From Betaproteobacteria bacterium (GTDB lineage Bacteria; Pseudomonadota; Gammaproteobacteria; Burkholderiales; SG8-39): 64,000 nucleotides of DNA. The stretch is from NCBI GenBank assembly GCA_022340285.1, contig JAJDOG010000034.1, positions 16,552-80,551 of the forward strand, in the 5' to 3' direction. Numbering within the stretch: position 1 is the stretch's first letter; each line of letters begins with the position of its first letter. Under the pieces are notes generated by a model that made no database searches, was not told the DNA's origin, and saw only the letters and a program-made list of their open reading frames with translations. Of this stretch, positions 48,190 to 62,782 are shown piece by piece. Both the position numbers and the translations under genes were made by a program.

Positions 48190-48303
48190 GGCAGCCTCCG
48201 GGGTTCGCACCCCGCGATCTGGTTTTATGAGTCAGATCAAATGCTTGCCAAGGACCCATGGGGTGCGCTCCGATTGACCCACGTCCTGGAACGACGCCCG
48301 CAC

Positions 48304-48765
48304 TCAGATCAGGTCTGGGCCGATCGCGGCGCGCAGCAGCGCCTCGTCGCGACCGCCGCGCGTGCGGCTCTCGAACCACCACAAGGCGGCCTTTCGTATC
48401 GACCACTCCGCATCTTCGCCGGACAGCAGATGCGCCGCGACCTGGCCCAGGGTCGGTTGATGTCCGACGACAAGAACGGTTCCGCCGCGGCGCGGCCAGC
48501 CGCTCGCCGCCAGAACCTGGGCAGGTGACGCGCCGACGTCCAATGCGTCGACCGTCTGAAACTTGAGATGTAGCGCTTCGGCGGTCTGGCGGGCGCGGGT
48601 GGCCGGGCTCACCAGGATCTCGCAATCCGCCGGCAATCGCGCCTTGAGCCACTTCGCGACCGCTTTCGCTTGCTTGCGTCCCTTGTCCGTCAGTGCCCGC
48701 CCTGAATCCGGGATGCCTTCTTCGGCATCGGCGTGGCGCCAAAGGATTAAGTTCGTCTGATTCAA
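48304..48765 (-). CDS. sixA: Phosphohistidine phosphatase SixA
   Basis: 153 aa. Histidine phosphatase motif LWRHADA, and GHQPTLG. Confidence 0.85.
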   Translation of the reverse strand: MNQTNLILWRHADAEEGIPDSGRALTDKGRKQAKAVAKWLKARLPADCEILVSPATRARQTAEALHLKFQTVDALDVGASPAQVLAASGWPRRGGTVLVVGHQPTLGQVAAHLLSGEDAEWSIRKAALWWFESRTRGGRDEALLRAAIGPDLI

Positions 48766-48842
48766 CGTTTGCTCCGTACGGAGTGCACCCGACCGTCTTC
48801 CACGTTCATATCCTAGCGCGCTCCATACGCCGGAGACACCCC

Positions 48843-49334
48843 ATGAAGCTCGTTGCGACCCTGATTCTTGTGCTGACCTTGTCCGCGTGCGCCGCGTTTC
48901 CCGGCTCCCAGTCGGTCCGGGACGGCGAGACGCAAAGCGCGGTACGCGCCAAGCTCGGTGCGCCTGCCGTGGAGCGCAAGCTCGCGTCCGGGGATATGGC
49001 TTGGTACTACGTGACGGGTCCGTCGAGCTTCTTCACCTACCGGGTCGTTTTCGGGAGCGGAGGCTCCGTCACCGACTATTCCCAGGTTCTGACCAGAAAG
49101 AACTTCATGGCGCTGCCGCAGGGGGCGACCCCGTCTGCCGTTCTCGACGCCCTCGGCCCACCGATGGAACGGATGACCTTTCAGCGCACCAACACCGAGG
49201 TGTGGACGTACCGCTGGCTGGAAGGCACCTTCGAAATGCTGGCAAACGTCGTCTTCGACACCCGCAACGGCGAACTCAGCGATGTCTTTCTCTTGCGTGA
49301 CCCGGTGTTCGGGGATGCGGTCTCGCCAGTGTAA
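48843..49334 (+). CDS. Lipoprotein with two SmpA/OmlA (BamE-like) repeats
   Basis: Lipobox LTLSAC. Two repeats of the pattern G.T...V...LG.P (ETQSAVRAKLGAPA and ATPSAVLDALGPPM). Confidence 0.6.
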   Translation: MKLVATLILVLTLSACAAFPGSQSVRDGETQSAVRAKLGAPAVERKLASGDMAWYYVTGPSSFFTYRVVFGSGGSVTDYSQVLTRKNFMALPQGATPSAVLDALGPPMERMTFQRTNTEVWTYRWLEGTFEMLANVVFDTRNGELSDVFLLRDPVFGDAVSPV

Positions 49335-49354
49335 TCGGACGCCCTAGCGGACGG

Positions 49355-49804
49355 CTACGTGTCGACTTGCGCATCGTGCGCGCTGCGATGCGGACAGTCC
49401 TGCCGCGTGCATGCTGCATAGATGTATAGCGAATGCTCGCGGATGGCGAATCCCCGTTCCTTGGCGACCCGGAGCTGGCGCTTCTCGATCTCGGCGTCGT
49501 AGAACTCCTCGACCCGGCCGCAGTCAAGGCAGACCAGATGGTCGTGATGGCTCGAGTCATTGAGCTCGAATACCGCCTTTCCGGACTCGAAGTGATGCCG
49601 CTGGAGGAGACCGGCTTGCTCGAACTGCGTCAGGACGCGGTACACGGTGGCAAGGCCGATCTCATGACCGTCGCTCGTCAACAGCCGGTACACGTCTTCC
49701 GCGGTGAGGTGGCGCACTTCGCTGCGCTCGAACAGCTCGAGAATCCTCAGGCGCGGCAGTGTCGCCTTGAGGCCGATATTCTTCAGGTCGGCGGCGTTGG
49801 TCAT
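49355..49804 (-). CDS. fur: Ferric uptake regulator Fur
   Basis: [29 protein letters not shown] and [16 protein letters not shown] metal-site motifs. Confidence 0.95.
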   Translation of the reverse strand: MTNAADLKNIGLKATLPRLRILELFERSEVRHLTAEDVYRLLTSDGHEIGLATVYRVLTQFEQAGLLQRHHFESGKAVFELNDSSHHDHLVCLDCGRVEEFYDAEIEKRQLRVAKERGFAIREHSLYIYAACTRQDCPHRSAHDAQVDT

Positions 49805-49875
49805 TCGGGAAGCGCTCGAGACTCCGGTATCATAGCGGCTTTGCAGCCCTTCGAGAACGAGCTTCGCTTCAAGCC

Positions 49876-50244
49876 ATGTACCGCCAGCTCGCCCTTGCTT
49901 GCGGGTTCGTCGCGTGCGCGGTCATGTTGAGCGCATGCGGCCCGCTCGTCTACCGGATCGAGATCCAGCAGGGCAATCTGGTGACCCAGGAAAACGTTGC
50001 CCAGCTCAAGCCGGGAATGAGCAAGGACCAGGTGCGATTCGTGCTGGGAACTCCGCTCGTGACGGATATCTTCCACGCCGACCGGTGGGACTACGTCTAC
50101 ACGCTTCAGCCGGCGCGTACCAGTTCGATCAAGGAAGAGCGCCGGCTGACGCTGTTTTTCGACAAGGATGGCCGGCTCGAGCGGGTCGAGGGCGATGTCG
50201 TCCCGAAAGGAAGCAAGCCCGGCCCCACGGCGGACAGCAAGTGA
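49876..50244 (+). CDS. bamE: Outer membrane protein assembly factor BamE
   Basis: Lipobox [37 protein letters not shown] is the SmpA/OmlA signature. Divergent from fur. Confidence 0.9.
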   Translation: MYRQLALACGFVACAVMLSACGPLVYRIEIQQGNLVTQENVAQLKPGMSKDQVRFVLGTPLVTDIFHADRWDYVYTLQPARTSSIKEERRLTLFFDKDGRLERVEGDVVPKGSKPGPTADSK

Positions 50245-50254
50245 GGGCGTAAAA

Positions 50255-51052
50255 GTGCGAGTCGCCATCGCGGGAGCAAGCGGGCGAATGGGCCGCGCGC
50301 TGATCCAAGCGACCCTGAGCGCGGATGACCTGACGCTCGCCGCGGCGCTGGAGGTCTCCGGCGCGCAGGCGCTCGGGTCCGATGCCGGCGAGGCGCTCGG
50401 CGTGACGACCGGAATCGCGATAGCCGCCGACATCGGCGCGGCCCTCGCGGCAAGCGACTGCCTGATCGATTTCACCCGGCCCGAGGGATCGGTCCTCCAC
50501 GCGGAAGCGTGCGCGAAACAGAGGAAGCCGGCCGTAATCGGCACCACCGGCTTCAGCGACCCGCAGCGACAGCGGATCGTCGACGCGGCGAAGCGTATCC
50601 CGATCGCCATGGCGGCCAACTTCGCAGTCGGCGTGAACGTGCTGTTCAAGCTGGTGGATGTCGCCGCGCGCGCGCTGGGCGACGAGTTCGACATCGAGAT
50701 CATCGAGGCGCATCACCGGCACAAGGTGGACGCGCCGTCGGGCACCGCGCTGCGGATCGGCGAAATTGCAGCCCAGGCTCTGGGTCGTGACATCGGGCAG
50801 AGCGCTGTCCACGGACGCTCCGGCGAGACCGGCGAACGGCCCCGCTCGGCGATCGGTTTTCACGCCGTGCGCGGCGGCGACATCGTGGGCGAGCACACCG
50901 TCATGTTCGCGGGCACCGGTGAGCGGATCGAGCTCGTCGTGCGCTCGGCGAGCCGCACGACCTACGCATCCGGTGCCCTGCGTGCAGCACGATTCCTGCA
51001 AGGCAAGCCGCCCGGCTTGTACGACATGCAGGACGTGTTGGGATTGCGTTAG
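50255..51052 (+). CDS. dapB: 4-hydroxy-tetrahydrodipicolinate reductase DapB
   Basis: IAGASGRMG NAD(P) motif and EAHHRHKVDAPSGTA catalytic motif. Start at the GTG at 50255. Confidence 0.94.
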   Translation: MRVAIAGASGRMGRALIQATLSADDLTLAAALEVSGAQALGSDAGEALGVTTGIAIAADIGAALAASDCLIDFTRPEGSVLHAEACAKQRKPAVIGTTGFSDPQRQRIVDAAKRIPIAMAANFAVGVNVLFKLVDVAARALGDEFDIEIIEAHHRHKVDAPSGTALRIGEIAAQALGRDIGQSAVHGRSGETGERPRSAIGFHAVRGGDIVGEHTVMFAGTGERIELVVRSASRTTYASGALRAARFLQGKPPGLYDMQDVLGLR

Positions 51053-51154
51053 CCGAGGCCGATTGGGGTCCGTCTGGTACGCCTGCGGCCTCAGTCGCGG
51101 GGTGGGCATGGTCGCTGCTCCGTTCGCATGTCGCCGCGAAGTCGACGATGGCGC

Positions 51155-51200
51155 TATAATTTGAGTTACCAACGGGACGGGCAGAGGCCGGTCCCGTTTT
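51155..51200 (+). promoter_or_regulatory. Consensus -10 (TATAAT) followed by a terminator-like hairpin in the carA leader; candidate attenuator
   Basis: TATAAT at 51155-51160. Hairpin AACGGGAC (51171-51178) / GTCCCGTT (51191-51198) runs into TTTTCAT, 25 nt before the carA GTG at 51225. Confidence 0.4.
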
Positions 51201-52357
51201 CATATCCTCCGCCGCCACCGCACCGTGACCCTGCCGTCCCAGCCAGCCATCCTAGCGCTCGCCGACGGCAACGTTTTCAGAGGCAAATCGATCGGCGCAG
51301 CGGGCACCGCAGTCGGCGAAGTGGTGTTCAACACCGCGATGACGGGCTACCAGGAGATTCTCACGGACCCGTCGTACTGCGGCCAGATCGTCACGCTGAC
51401 GTATCCACACATCGGCAACACCGGTGCCAATCACGAGGACGAGGAGGCGGCGCGTATTTTTGCGGCCGGGCTGGTCATTCGCGACCTTCCGCTGCGAAGT
51501 TCGAGCTGGCGCGCCAAGTTCGATCTGTCCGAGTACCTCAAGCGCGGCAACATCGTGGCAATCGCCGGGCTGGACACGCGCCGGTTGACCCGGCTGTTGC
51601 GCGAGAAGGGCGCGCAGAATGGTTGCATCCTCACGGGCGAGGACGCTGCCGAAGCGCTGGCCAAGGCCCGTGCGTGCCCGAGCATGGCCGGTCTCGATCT
51701 CGCGAAAGCGGTCACCACGGCCGCGCGCTACCACTGGAGCGAGGGCAGCTGGCGACTCGGCGAAGGGCATCAGCGTTTGAGCAAGACCATGTTCCATGTC
51801 GCCGCCTACGATTTCGGCGTGAAGCGCAACATCCTGCGGATGCTCGTGGACCGCGGATGCCGAATCACGGTCTTTCCGGCGCAGACGCCTGCCGCGGAGT
51901 TGCTCGCGAGCGAGCCGGACGGCGTGTTCCTCTCCAATGGTCCAGGCGATCCGGAACCGTGCGAATACGCCATCGTGGCGATCCGGGAGATCCTCGAGTC
52001 CACGCGGATCCCGGTATTCGGGATCTGCCTCGGCCATCAGCTGATGGGACTCGCCTCGGGCGCGCGCACCGTCAAGATGAAGTTCGGCCATCATGGGGCC
52101 AATCATCCCGTGAAGGATCTCGATTCCGGGCAGGTCGCGATCACCAGCCAGAACCACGGCTTCGCGGTGGATGCGAACTCCCTTCCGAGCACGATGCGCC
52201 CGACGCACGTCTCGCTGTTCGATGGCAGCCTGCAGGGCCTGGCGCGTACCGACCGCCCGGCGTTTTGCTTCCAGGGGCATCCCGAGGCGAGCCCCGGCCC
52301 GCACGACATCGGCTACCTGTTCGATCGGTTCGTGGAAATGATGAAGGACGCGGGGCA

Positions 52358-55570
<3,213 letters not shown>

Positions 55571-55587
55571 CTAGCAGTTGAACCTGT

Positions 55588-55616
55588 CCCCGGCCGCGCG
55601 CCGGGGTTCCTTTTTT
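55588..55616 (+). terminator. Rho-independent terminator after carB (CCCCGGC-CGCGC-GCCGGGG-TTCCTTTTTTC)
   Basis: 7-bp GC stem plus a T-rich tail. It ends 12 nt before the greA ATG. Confidence 0.7.
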
Positions 55617-55627
55617 CATATTCCGGC

Positions 55628-56104
55628 ATGCAGAAGACTCCCTTGACCGTTGCTGGCGCAGAGAAGCTGCGCGCCGAGCTGCACCAGCTGAAGACGGTGG
55701 CCCGGCCGGGCGCGATCACCGCGATCGCCGAGGCGCGCTCGCACGGGGATCTGTCGGAGAACGCGGAATACGATGCCGCCAAGGAGCGGCAGGGGTTCAT
55801 CGAGGGCCGCATCGCGGAAATCGAGGCGAAGCTCGCCAGCGCCCAGGTGATCGATCCGAAGGAGCTCGATGCCGACGGGCGTTGCGTGTTCGGTGCTACG
55901 GTCGAAATCGAGGATCAGGAAAGCGGCGAGAAGCTCGCCTACCAGATCGTCGGCGACGACGAGGCCGACATCAAGGAGAGCAAGATCTCGATCGGCTCGC
56001 CGGTCGCCCGGGCGCTGATCGGGAAATCGGCGGGCGACATCGCGGAAGTCCAGGCGCCGGGCGGGGTAAAGCATTACGAGATTCTGGACGTCCGCTACGA
56101 GTAG
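55628..56104 (+). CDS. greA: Transcription elongation factor GreA
   Basis: 158 aa. [29 protein letters not shown] (coiled-coil tip with acidic residues), C-terminal FKBP-like domain. Confidence 0.96.
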   Translation: MQKTPLTVAGAEKLRAELHQLKTVARPGAITAIAEARSHGDLSENAEYDAAKERQGFIEGRIAEIEAKLASAQVIDPKELDADGRCVFGATVEIEDQESGEKLAYQIVGDDEADIKESKISIGSPVARALIGKSAGDIAEVQAPGGVKHYEILDVRYE

Positions 56105-56134
56105 TTATCCCGTCATCTTTGATGACGGGATAAC
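56104..56134. terminator. Perfect 14-bp stem hairpin GTTATCCCGTCATC-TTT-GATGACGGGATAAC between convergent greA and yhbY
   Basis: Starts at the last base of the greA TAG stop. It has no clear U-tract on either strand, so terminator function is assumed only from its position. Confidence 0.5.
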
Positions 56135-56170
56135 TGTCCGCGTTGGAGCGGACGCGAAGAACCGCGCCGC

Positions 56171-56581
56171 TCAACGCGGACGAAGCGTGCCGCGGCGGGG
56201 TTTTGGTGGGCGTCGCGACCTTGTCCGTACGCCAGCTCCGGATCGACGGGGCGCGGTCCGCTTGGCCGGTTTGGCAGCCCGCGGTGGCTCTTCGCGCAGC
56301 GATTCCTCGGGGCGCTCGCGAAAGATCACGATGACCTTCCCGATATGCTGCACCGGCGACGCGCCCGTCGCGCCGCAGATCTCGATCAGCAGGCGGTCGC
56401 GCGCCTGGCGGTCGTCTCCCAGGACGCGAATCTTGATCAGCTCGTGCGAATCGAGCGCGCGGTGGATTTCGGCAAGCACCGCGGGCGACAGTCCCGCCGC
56501 CCCGATCAGCACGACCGGGTCGAGTGTGTGGGCACGGCCTCGCAACGTCTGTCGTTGGGCCGGCGTCAGGTCGGTGGCCAT
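56171..56581 (-). CDS. yhbY: Ribosome assembly RNA-binding protein YhbY (CRM domain) with an Arg/Pro-rich C-terminal tail
   Basis: [28 protein letters not shown]...ELIKIRV is the CRS1/YhbY domain. It is followed by a basic tail of about 45 aa. Confidence 0.88.
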   Translation of the reverse strand: MATDLTPAQRQTLRGRAHTLDPVVLIGAAGLSPAVLAEIHRALDSHELIKIRVLGDDRQARDRLLIEICGATGASPVQHIGKVIVIFRERPEESLREEPPRAAKPAKRTAPRRSGAGVRTRSRRPPKPRRGTLRPR

Positions 56582-56613
56582 CTGCGCGTTTCCTCGCGCT
56601 GGATTCTAGAGCC

Positions 56614-57255
56614 ATGGCACGGAGTCGGGCCAGCAAGACATGGATGCAGGAGCACGTCAGCGACCCGTACGTGAAGCGGGCCCAGGCACAGGGCCTGCGC
56701 TCGCGTGCGGCATTCAAGCTGCTCGAGCTGGATGCGAAGGATCACCTGTTCAGCCCCGGCCAGACCGTCGTCGATCTCGGCGCGGCGCCCGGCAGCTGGT
56801 CGGAAGTCGCGCTGCGCCAGGTCGGATCCGGCGGTAAGGTGATCGCGATCGATCTCCTCGAAATGGCGCCGCTCGAAGGGGTGACGTTCGTTCAAGGCGA
56901 TTTTGGCGATCCCGCTGCGCTGGCGCAGCTCGAGGGCGCACTCGACGGGAGCGGCGTCGACCTTGTGTTATCGGACATGGCCCCCAATATCACGGGGGTG
57001 AGTGTCACGGACCAGGCGCGCAGCCTGCAACTTGCGGAACTGGCGGCGGAATTCGCCTTGGCACACCTGAACCCGGGGGGCGTATTGCTGGTCAAAGTTT
57101 TTCAGGGAGCCGGCTTCCCGGAATTTCTTACCTGGCTCCGCAGGGCGTTCGAATCGGTCGCATCGCGCAAGCCGGGTGCTTCGCGAGACCGGTCCCGCGA
57201 GATGTATCTGCTGGCGCGCCGACCCCGGCCGCGGGGTGGCGCCGTAAGTGCTTGA
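56614..57255 (+). CDS. rlmE: 23S rRNA (uridine2552-2'-O)-methyltransferase RlmE (FtsJ)
   Basis: [30 protein letters not shown] motif [23 protein letters not shown]. Confidence 0.95.
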   Translation: MARSRASKTWMQEHVSDPYVKRAQAQGLRSRAAFKLLELDAKDHLFSPGQTVVDLGAAPGSWSEVALRQVGSGGKVIAIDLLEMAPLEGVTFVQGDFGDPAALAQLEGALDGSGVDLVLSDMAPNITGVSVTDQARSLQLAELAAEFALAHLNPGGVLLVKVFQGAGFPEFLTWLRRAFESVASRKPGASRDRSREMYLLARRPRPRGGAVSA

Positions 57256-57344
57256 TCGAGTGCAGGGAGTTGTGCCTGCCTCGGGCGAAAAATTCGGATT
57301 AGAATAGCTTCGGAAGCGCGGCACGACCGCAAGAAGGAGTTGAT

Positions 57345-59228
<1,884 letters not shown>

Positions 59229-59251
59229 CGGCGGGGGATGAGGGATCGGGA

Positions 59252-60127
59252 GTGAGGCGCGACGGGGAAGCCCCGCGCGCCGCGACCGCTGTCCTTCGCT
59301 GCGGCCGGTTCGATCTTTCTCTCGCGCGCCCCTTGATCATGGGGGTCGTGAACGTCACGCCCGATTCCTTCTCGGATGGCGGTCGCTACGGCGACCCCGA
59401 GGCGGCGATCGCCCATGCAAGACGGCTGGCGGAAGAGGGTGCGGATCTCCTCGACATCGGCGGTGAATCGAGCCGTCCGGGCGCCGCGCCGGTGTCCGCA
59501 GAGGAGGAACTCCGTCGCGTCCTGCCCGTGCTGGAGGCTTTGCAGGAAGCATCGCTCCCCGTTTCCATCGACACCGTGAAGCCGGAGGTCATGCGTGCGG
59601 CGCTGGAGTGCGGCGCGTCGATGGTCAACGACATCAATGCCTTGCGCGAGCCGGGCGCGGCAGAGGCGGTTGCCGGGACCCGCGCTGCAGTTTGCCTGAT
59701 GCACATGCAGGGAGAGCCGCGCACGATGCAGCGCGAGCCGCGTTATGCCGACGTCGTCGCGGAGGTCAAGGCGTATCTGGCGGAACGCGCGGCCGCCGCG
59801 GAGTCCGCGGGCATCGAGCGTGAGCGTATCGTCCTCGACCCGGGCTTCGGATTCGGGAAGTCCGTCGCGCACAATCTTGTTCTGCTACGCGAGCTCGTGA
59901 GCCTTGCAGCGCTCGGCTATCCGCTCATGGCGGGGCTCTCCCGGAAGTCCACGCTCGGCGCCATCACCGGCCGCCCGGCTGGTGACAGAATGCCTGCGAG
60001 CGTCGCGGCAGCGCTGCTCGCCGCGCAGCGCGGCGCTAAAATCCTCCGTGTCCATGATGTGGCCGCGACTCGCGACGCCCTTGCGGTCCTCGCGGCCGTG
60101 GCGGAGCAGGAGCGCCCGACGCAATGA
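59252..60127 (+). CDS. folP: Dihydropteroate synthase FolP
   Basis: [27 protein letters not shown], and a GLSRKS-type C-region. The start is uncertain: GTG at 59252 is preferred and ATG at 59339 is possible. Confidence 0.92.
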   Translation: MRRDGEAPRAATAVLRCGRFDLSLARPLIMGVVNVTPDSFSDGGRYGDPEAAIAHARRLAEEGADLLDIGGESSRPGAAPVSAEEELRRVLPVLEALQEASLPVSIDTVKPEVMRAALECGASMVNDINALREPGAAEAVAGTRAAVCLMHMQGEPRTMQREPRYADVVAEVKAYLAERAAAAESAGIERERIVLDPGFGFGKSVAHNLVLLRELVSLAALGYPLMAGLSRKSTLGAITGRPAGDRMPASVAAALLAAQRGAKILRVHDVAATRDALAVLAAVAEQERPTQ

Positions 60128-61482
60128 GCCGCAAATATTTCGGCACTGACGGTATCCGCGGCCGGGTCGGCGAATCACCGATCACGCCTGACTTTGCGTT
60201 GCGACTCGGCTTTGCCGCCGGCATGGTGCTCGCGCGAGGTGGCCAGAGCGGGGAGCATCGTCCATCGGTGCTCATCGGCAAGGACACGCGCATATCGGGC
60301 TACATGCTCGAGGCGGCGCTCGAGGCGGGATTTGCGTCGGCAGGCGTCGATGTCATGTTGTGCGGCCCGATGCCGACGCCCGCAGTCGCCTATCTCACGC
60401 GCGCCCTGCGCCTGCAGGCAGGCATCGTGATCAGCGCTTCGCACAATCCCTACCCGGACAACGGCATCAAGTTCTTCTCGGCGGAGGGCGGCAAGCTTCC
60501 CGATGCGCTCGAGCGGGACATCGAGGTGGCGCTGGACCGGCCGCTCGCGTGTCGCCCATCGGCGGAGCTCGGCAAGGCGCATCGGATCGACGATGCGGCG
60601 GGCCGGTATATCGAGTTCTGCAAGAGCACTTTCCCGACATCGCTCGATCTGCGAGGGCTGAAGATCGCAGTGGATTGCGCGCACGGCGCCGCGTATCACA
60701 TCGCGCCGCACGTGTTCCACGAGCTCGGGGCGGACGTGGTCACGGCCGGCATCGCACCGAACGGCCTCAACATCAACGAGCAGGTCGGCGCAACGCATCC
60801 CGCGTCGCTCCAGGACCTGGTGCGCGCCACCGGCGCCGACCTGGGGATCGCCCTCGATGGCGACGCCGACCGCGTGGTAATGGCCGACGCCGACGGAGTC
60901 GTGTACGACGGTGACCAGCTCCTTTATGCGATCGCCGTGAACCGGGCGCGACGGGGCAGGGTAGCGGGCGTGGTGGGCACGCTCATGACGAATCTCGCGC
61001 TCGAGAAGGCGCTTGGCGCGCTCGGCATCGAATTCGTCCGCGCGCGCGTCGGCGACCGCTATGTGCTCGAGCTCCTGGTCGAGCGCGGGTGGGAGATCGG
61101 CGGCGAGAATTCCGGGCACATCATCTGCCTGGACAAGCATACGACGGGCGACGGCATCGTGTCCGCGCTCCAGGTGCTGACCGCGCTGCGCGAGCAGCGC
61201 AAATCGCTCGGGGAGCTCGCGGGAGGGCTTGTGCTCTATCCGCAGAAGCTCATCAACGTACGGATCGCGCGCGATTTCGACTGGCAGTCGAACAGCCAGA
61301 TTGCGCGCGCCCGCGCCGACGCCGAGGCCCGTCTGGGTGCGCGGGGTCGCCTGCTGCTCCGACCGTCCGGAACCGAGCCCTTGCTGCGGGTGATGGTCGA
61401 GGGCGAAGACGGTGCCGAAGTCGCGTCGATTGCGGCGGAGGTCGCGGCGGCTGCGGAGCAGGCTGTCGCCGCCGCAGCGTGA
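60124..61482 (+). CDS. glmM: Phosphoglucosamine mutase GlmM
   Basis: YFGTDGIRG. Phosphoserine loop [20 protein letters not shown] metal site. Overlaps the folP stop (ATGA). Confidence 0.96.
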   Translation: MSRKYFGTDGIRGRVGESPITPDFALRLGFAAGMVLARGGQSGEHRPSVLIGKDTRISGYMLEAALEAGFASAGVDVMLCGPMPTPAVAYLTRALRLQAGIVISASHNPYPDNGIKFFSAEGGKLPDALERDIEVALDRPLACRPSAELGKAHRIDDAAGRYIEFCKSTFPTSLDLRGLKIAVDCAHGAAYHIAPHVFHELGADVVTAGIAPNGLNINEQVGATHPASLQDLVRATGADLGIALDGDADRVVMADADGVVYDGDQLLYAIAVNRARRGRVAGVVGTLMTNLALEKALGALGIEFVRARVGDRYVLELLVERGWEIGGENSGHIICLDKHTTGDGIVSALQVLTALREQRKSLGELAGGLVLYPQKLINVRIARDFDWQSNSQIARARADAEARLGARGRLLLRPSGTEPLLRVMVEGEDGAEVASIAAEVAAAAEQAVAAAA

Positions 61483-61546
61483 TTACGCTTCCGGCCGTGT
61501 TCCGGCTCCTCTGACTCATTGCGCCAGGGCCGCGGATAGAGCGCGG

Positions 61547-61564
61547 CTGTAACCTGGCTGTCAC
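61547..61564 (+). promoter_or_regulatory. Candidate Pho box (CTGTAAC-CTGG-CTGTCAC) upstream of pstS
   Basis: Two 7-bp CTGT(A/C)AC direct repeats with 11-bp periodicity, matching the PhoB-box architecture. They lie 64-81 nt upstream of the pstS ATG. A further CTGTCAA is at 61589-61595. Confidence 0.5.
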
Positions 61565-61627
61565 ATCTAGGTAATACACTGCTTGCGGCTGTCAAGTGAG
61601 GCAGTCCTGTCCAGCAAGGAGTGACTT

Positions 61628-62668
61628 ATGGGATCGAGAATCATCTCAGTCGCGGCGCTGCTCGCCGGCGCGACGATGGCAACCGCCACTTTCGCGGCGG
61701 ATATGACCGGTGCCGGGGCGACATTTCCCTACCCGATCTACGCCAAGTGGGCGGACGCGTACAAAAAGGCGACCGGAAATGGCTTGAACTACCAGTCGAT
61801 CGGATCCGGCGGAGGCATCAAGCAGATTCGTTCGAAGACCGTCGATTTCGGCGCCTCCGACAAACCGCTCAAAGCTGAGGATCTGGAGAAGGACGGCATG
61901 ATTCAGTTTCCCGCGATCATGGGTGGGGTCGTGCCCGTCGTGAAGGTGCCCGGCGTGGCGCCCGGCCAGCTCAAGCTGTCCGGCCCGCTGCTCGCGGACA
62001 TCTTTCTCGGCAAAGTCAAGAAGTGGAACGACCCCGCTATTGCGGACATGAACCCCGGCGTCGCGCTTCCGGCATCGGCCATCACGGTGGTGCATCGCTC
62101 CGACGGCAGCGGAACCACGTTTCTTTTCACCAATTACCTTTCGAAAGTCAGCGGCGAATGGAAATCGAAGGTCGGCGAGAATACGTCTGTGTCCTGGCCG
62201 GCCGGAATCGGCGGAAAGGGCAACGAGGGCGTCGCCGCCCAGGTACAGCGCCTGAAGGGATCGATCGGCTATGTGGAGTATGCGTACGCCAAGCAGAACA
62301 AGATGGCGTACGCGCTGCTGAAGAATCGCGCCGGATCGTTCGTGGAGCCGAGCGAGAAGACGTTCCAGGCGGCGGCGGCGAACGCCGATTGGAAGCACGC
62401 GGCGGGGTTTTACGAGATCCTTACCGACGAACCGGGTGCCGAGAGCTGGCCGATCACCGGGGCGAGCTTCATCCTCATGCACAAGGCGCAAGCCGATCCG
62501 GCAAAGGCGATCGAAGTGCTCAAATTCTTCGACTGGTCCTTCGCGCACGGCGACAAGATGGCCTCCGAGCTCGACTACGTGGCGATTCCACCGAGCGTTG
62601 TCGGTCTCATCAAGGAGTCCTGGAAGGCGAACCTCAGGGGGCCGGGCGGCGCGATGATCTGGAAGTGA
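61628..62668 (+). CDS. pstS: Phosphate ABC transporter substrate-binding protein PstS
   Basis: Signal peptide. GAGATFPYPIYAKWA, SIGSGGGI, RSDGSGTT motifs. Confidence 0.96.
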   Translation: MGSRIISVAALLAGATMATATFAADMTGAGATFPYPIYAKWADAYKKATGNGLNYQSIGSGGGIKQIRSKTVDFGASDKPLKAEDLEKDGMIQFPAIMGGVVPVVKVPGVAPGQLKLSGPLLADIFLGKVKKWNDPAIADMNPGVALPASAITVVHRSDGSGTTFLFTNYLSKVSGEWKSKVGENTSVSWPAGIGGKGNEGVAAQVQRLKGSIGYVEYAYAKQNKMAYALLKNRAGSFVEPSEKTFQAAAANADWKHAAGFYEILTDEPGAESWPITGASFILMHKAQADPAKAIEVLKFFDWSFAHGDKMASELDYVAIPPSVVGLIKESWKANLRGPGGAMIWK

Positions 62669-62782
62669 CCGGCGATGTAAAATCGCCGGATGGCCTTGCC
62701 ATCGCCCGTCGAGTCCTTAGATTTTCCGCGCAAGGAGGAAGGTGCCGGGCATAGCGTTCCGGCACGGTCGGCGGGCGACCGT

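Noticed and set aside
51128-52357. 410-codon upstream extension of the carB ORF
   Set aside because: It overlaps carA in another frame. The CarB consensus N-terminus MPKRTD starts at 52358.
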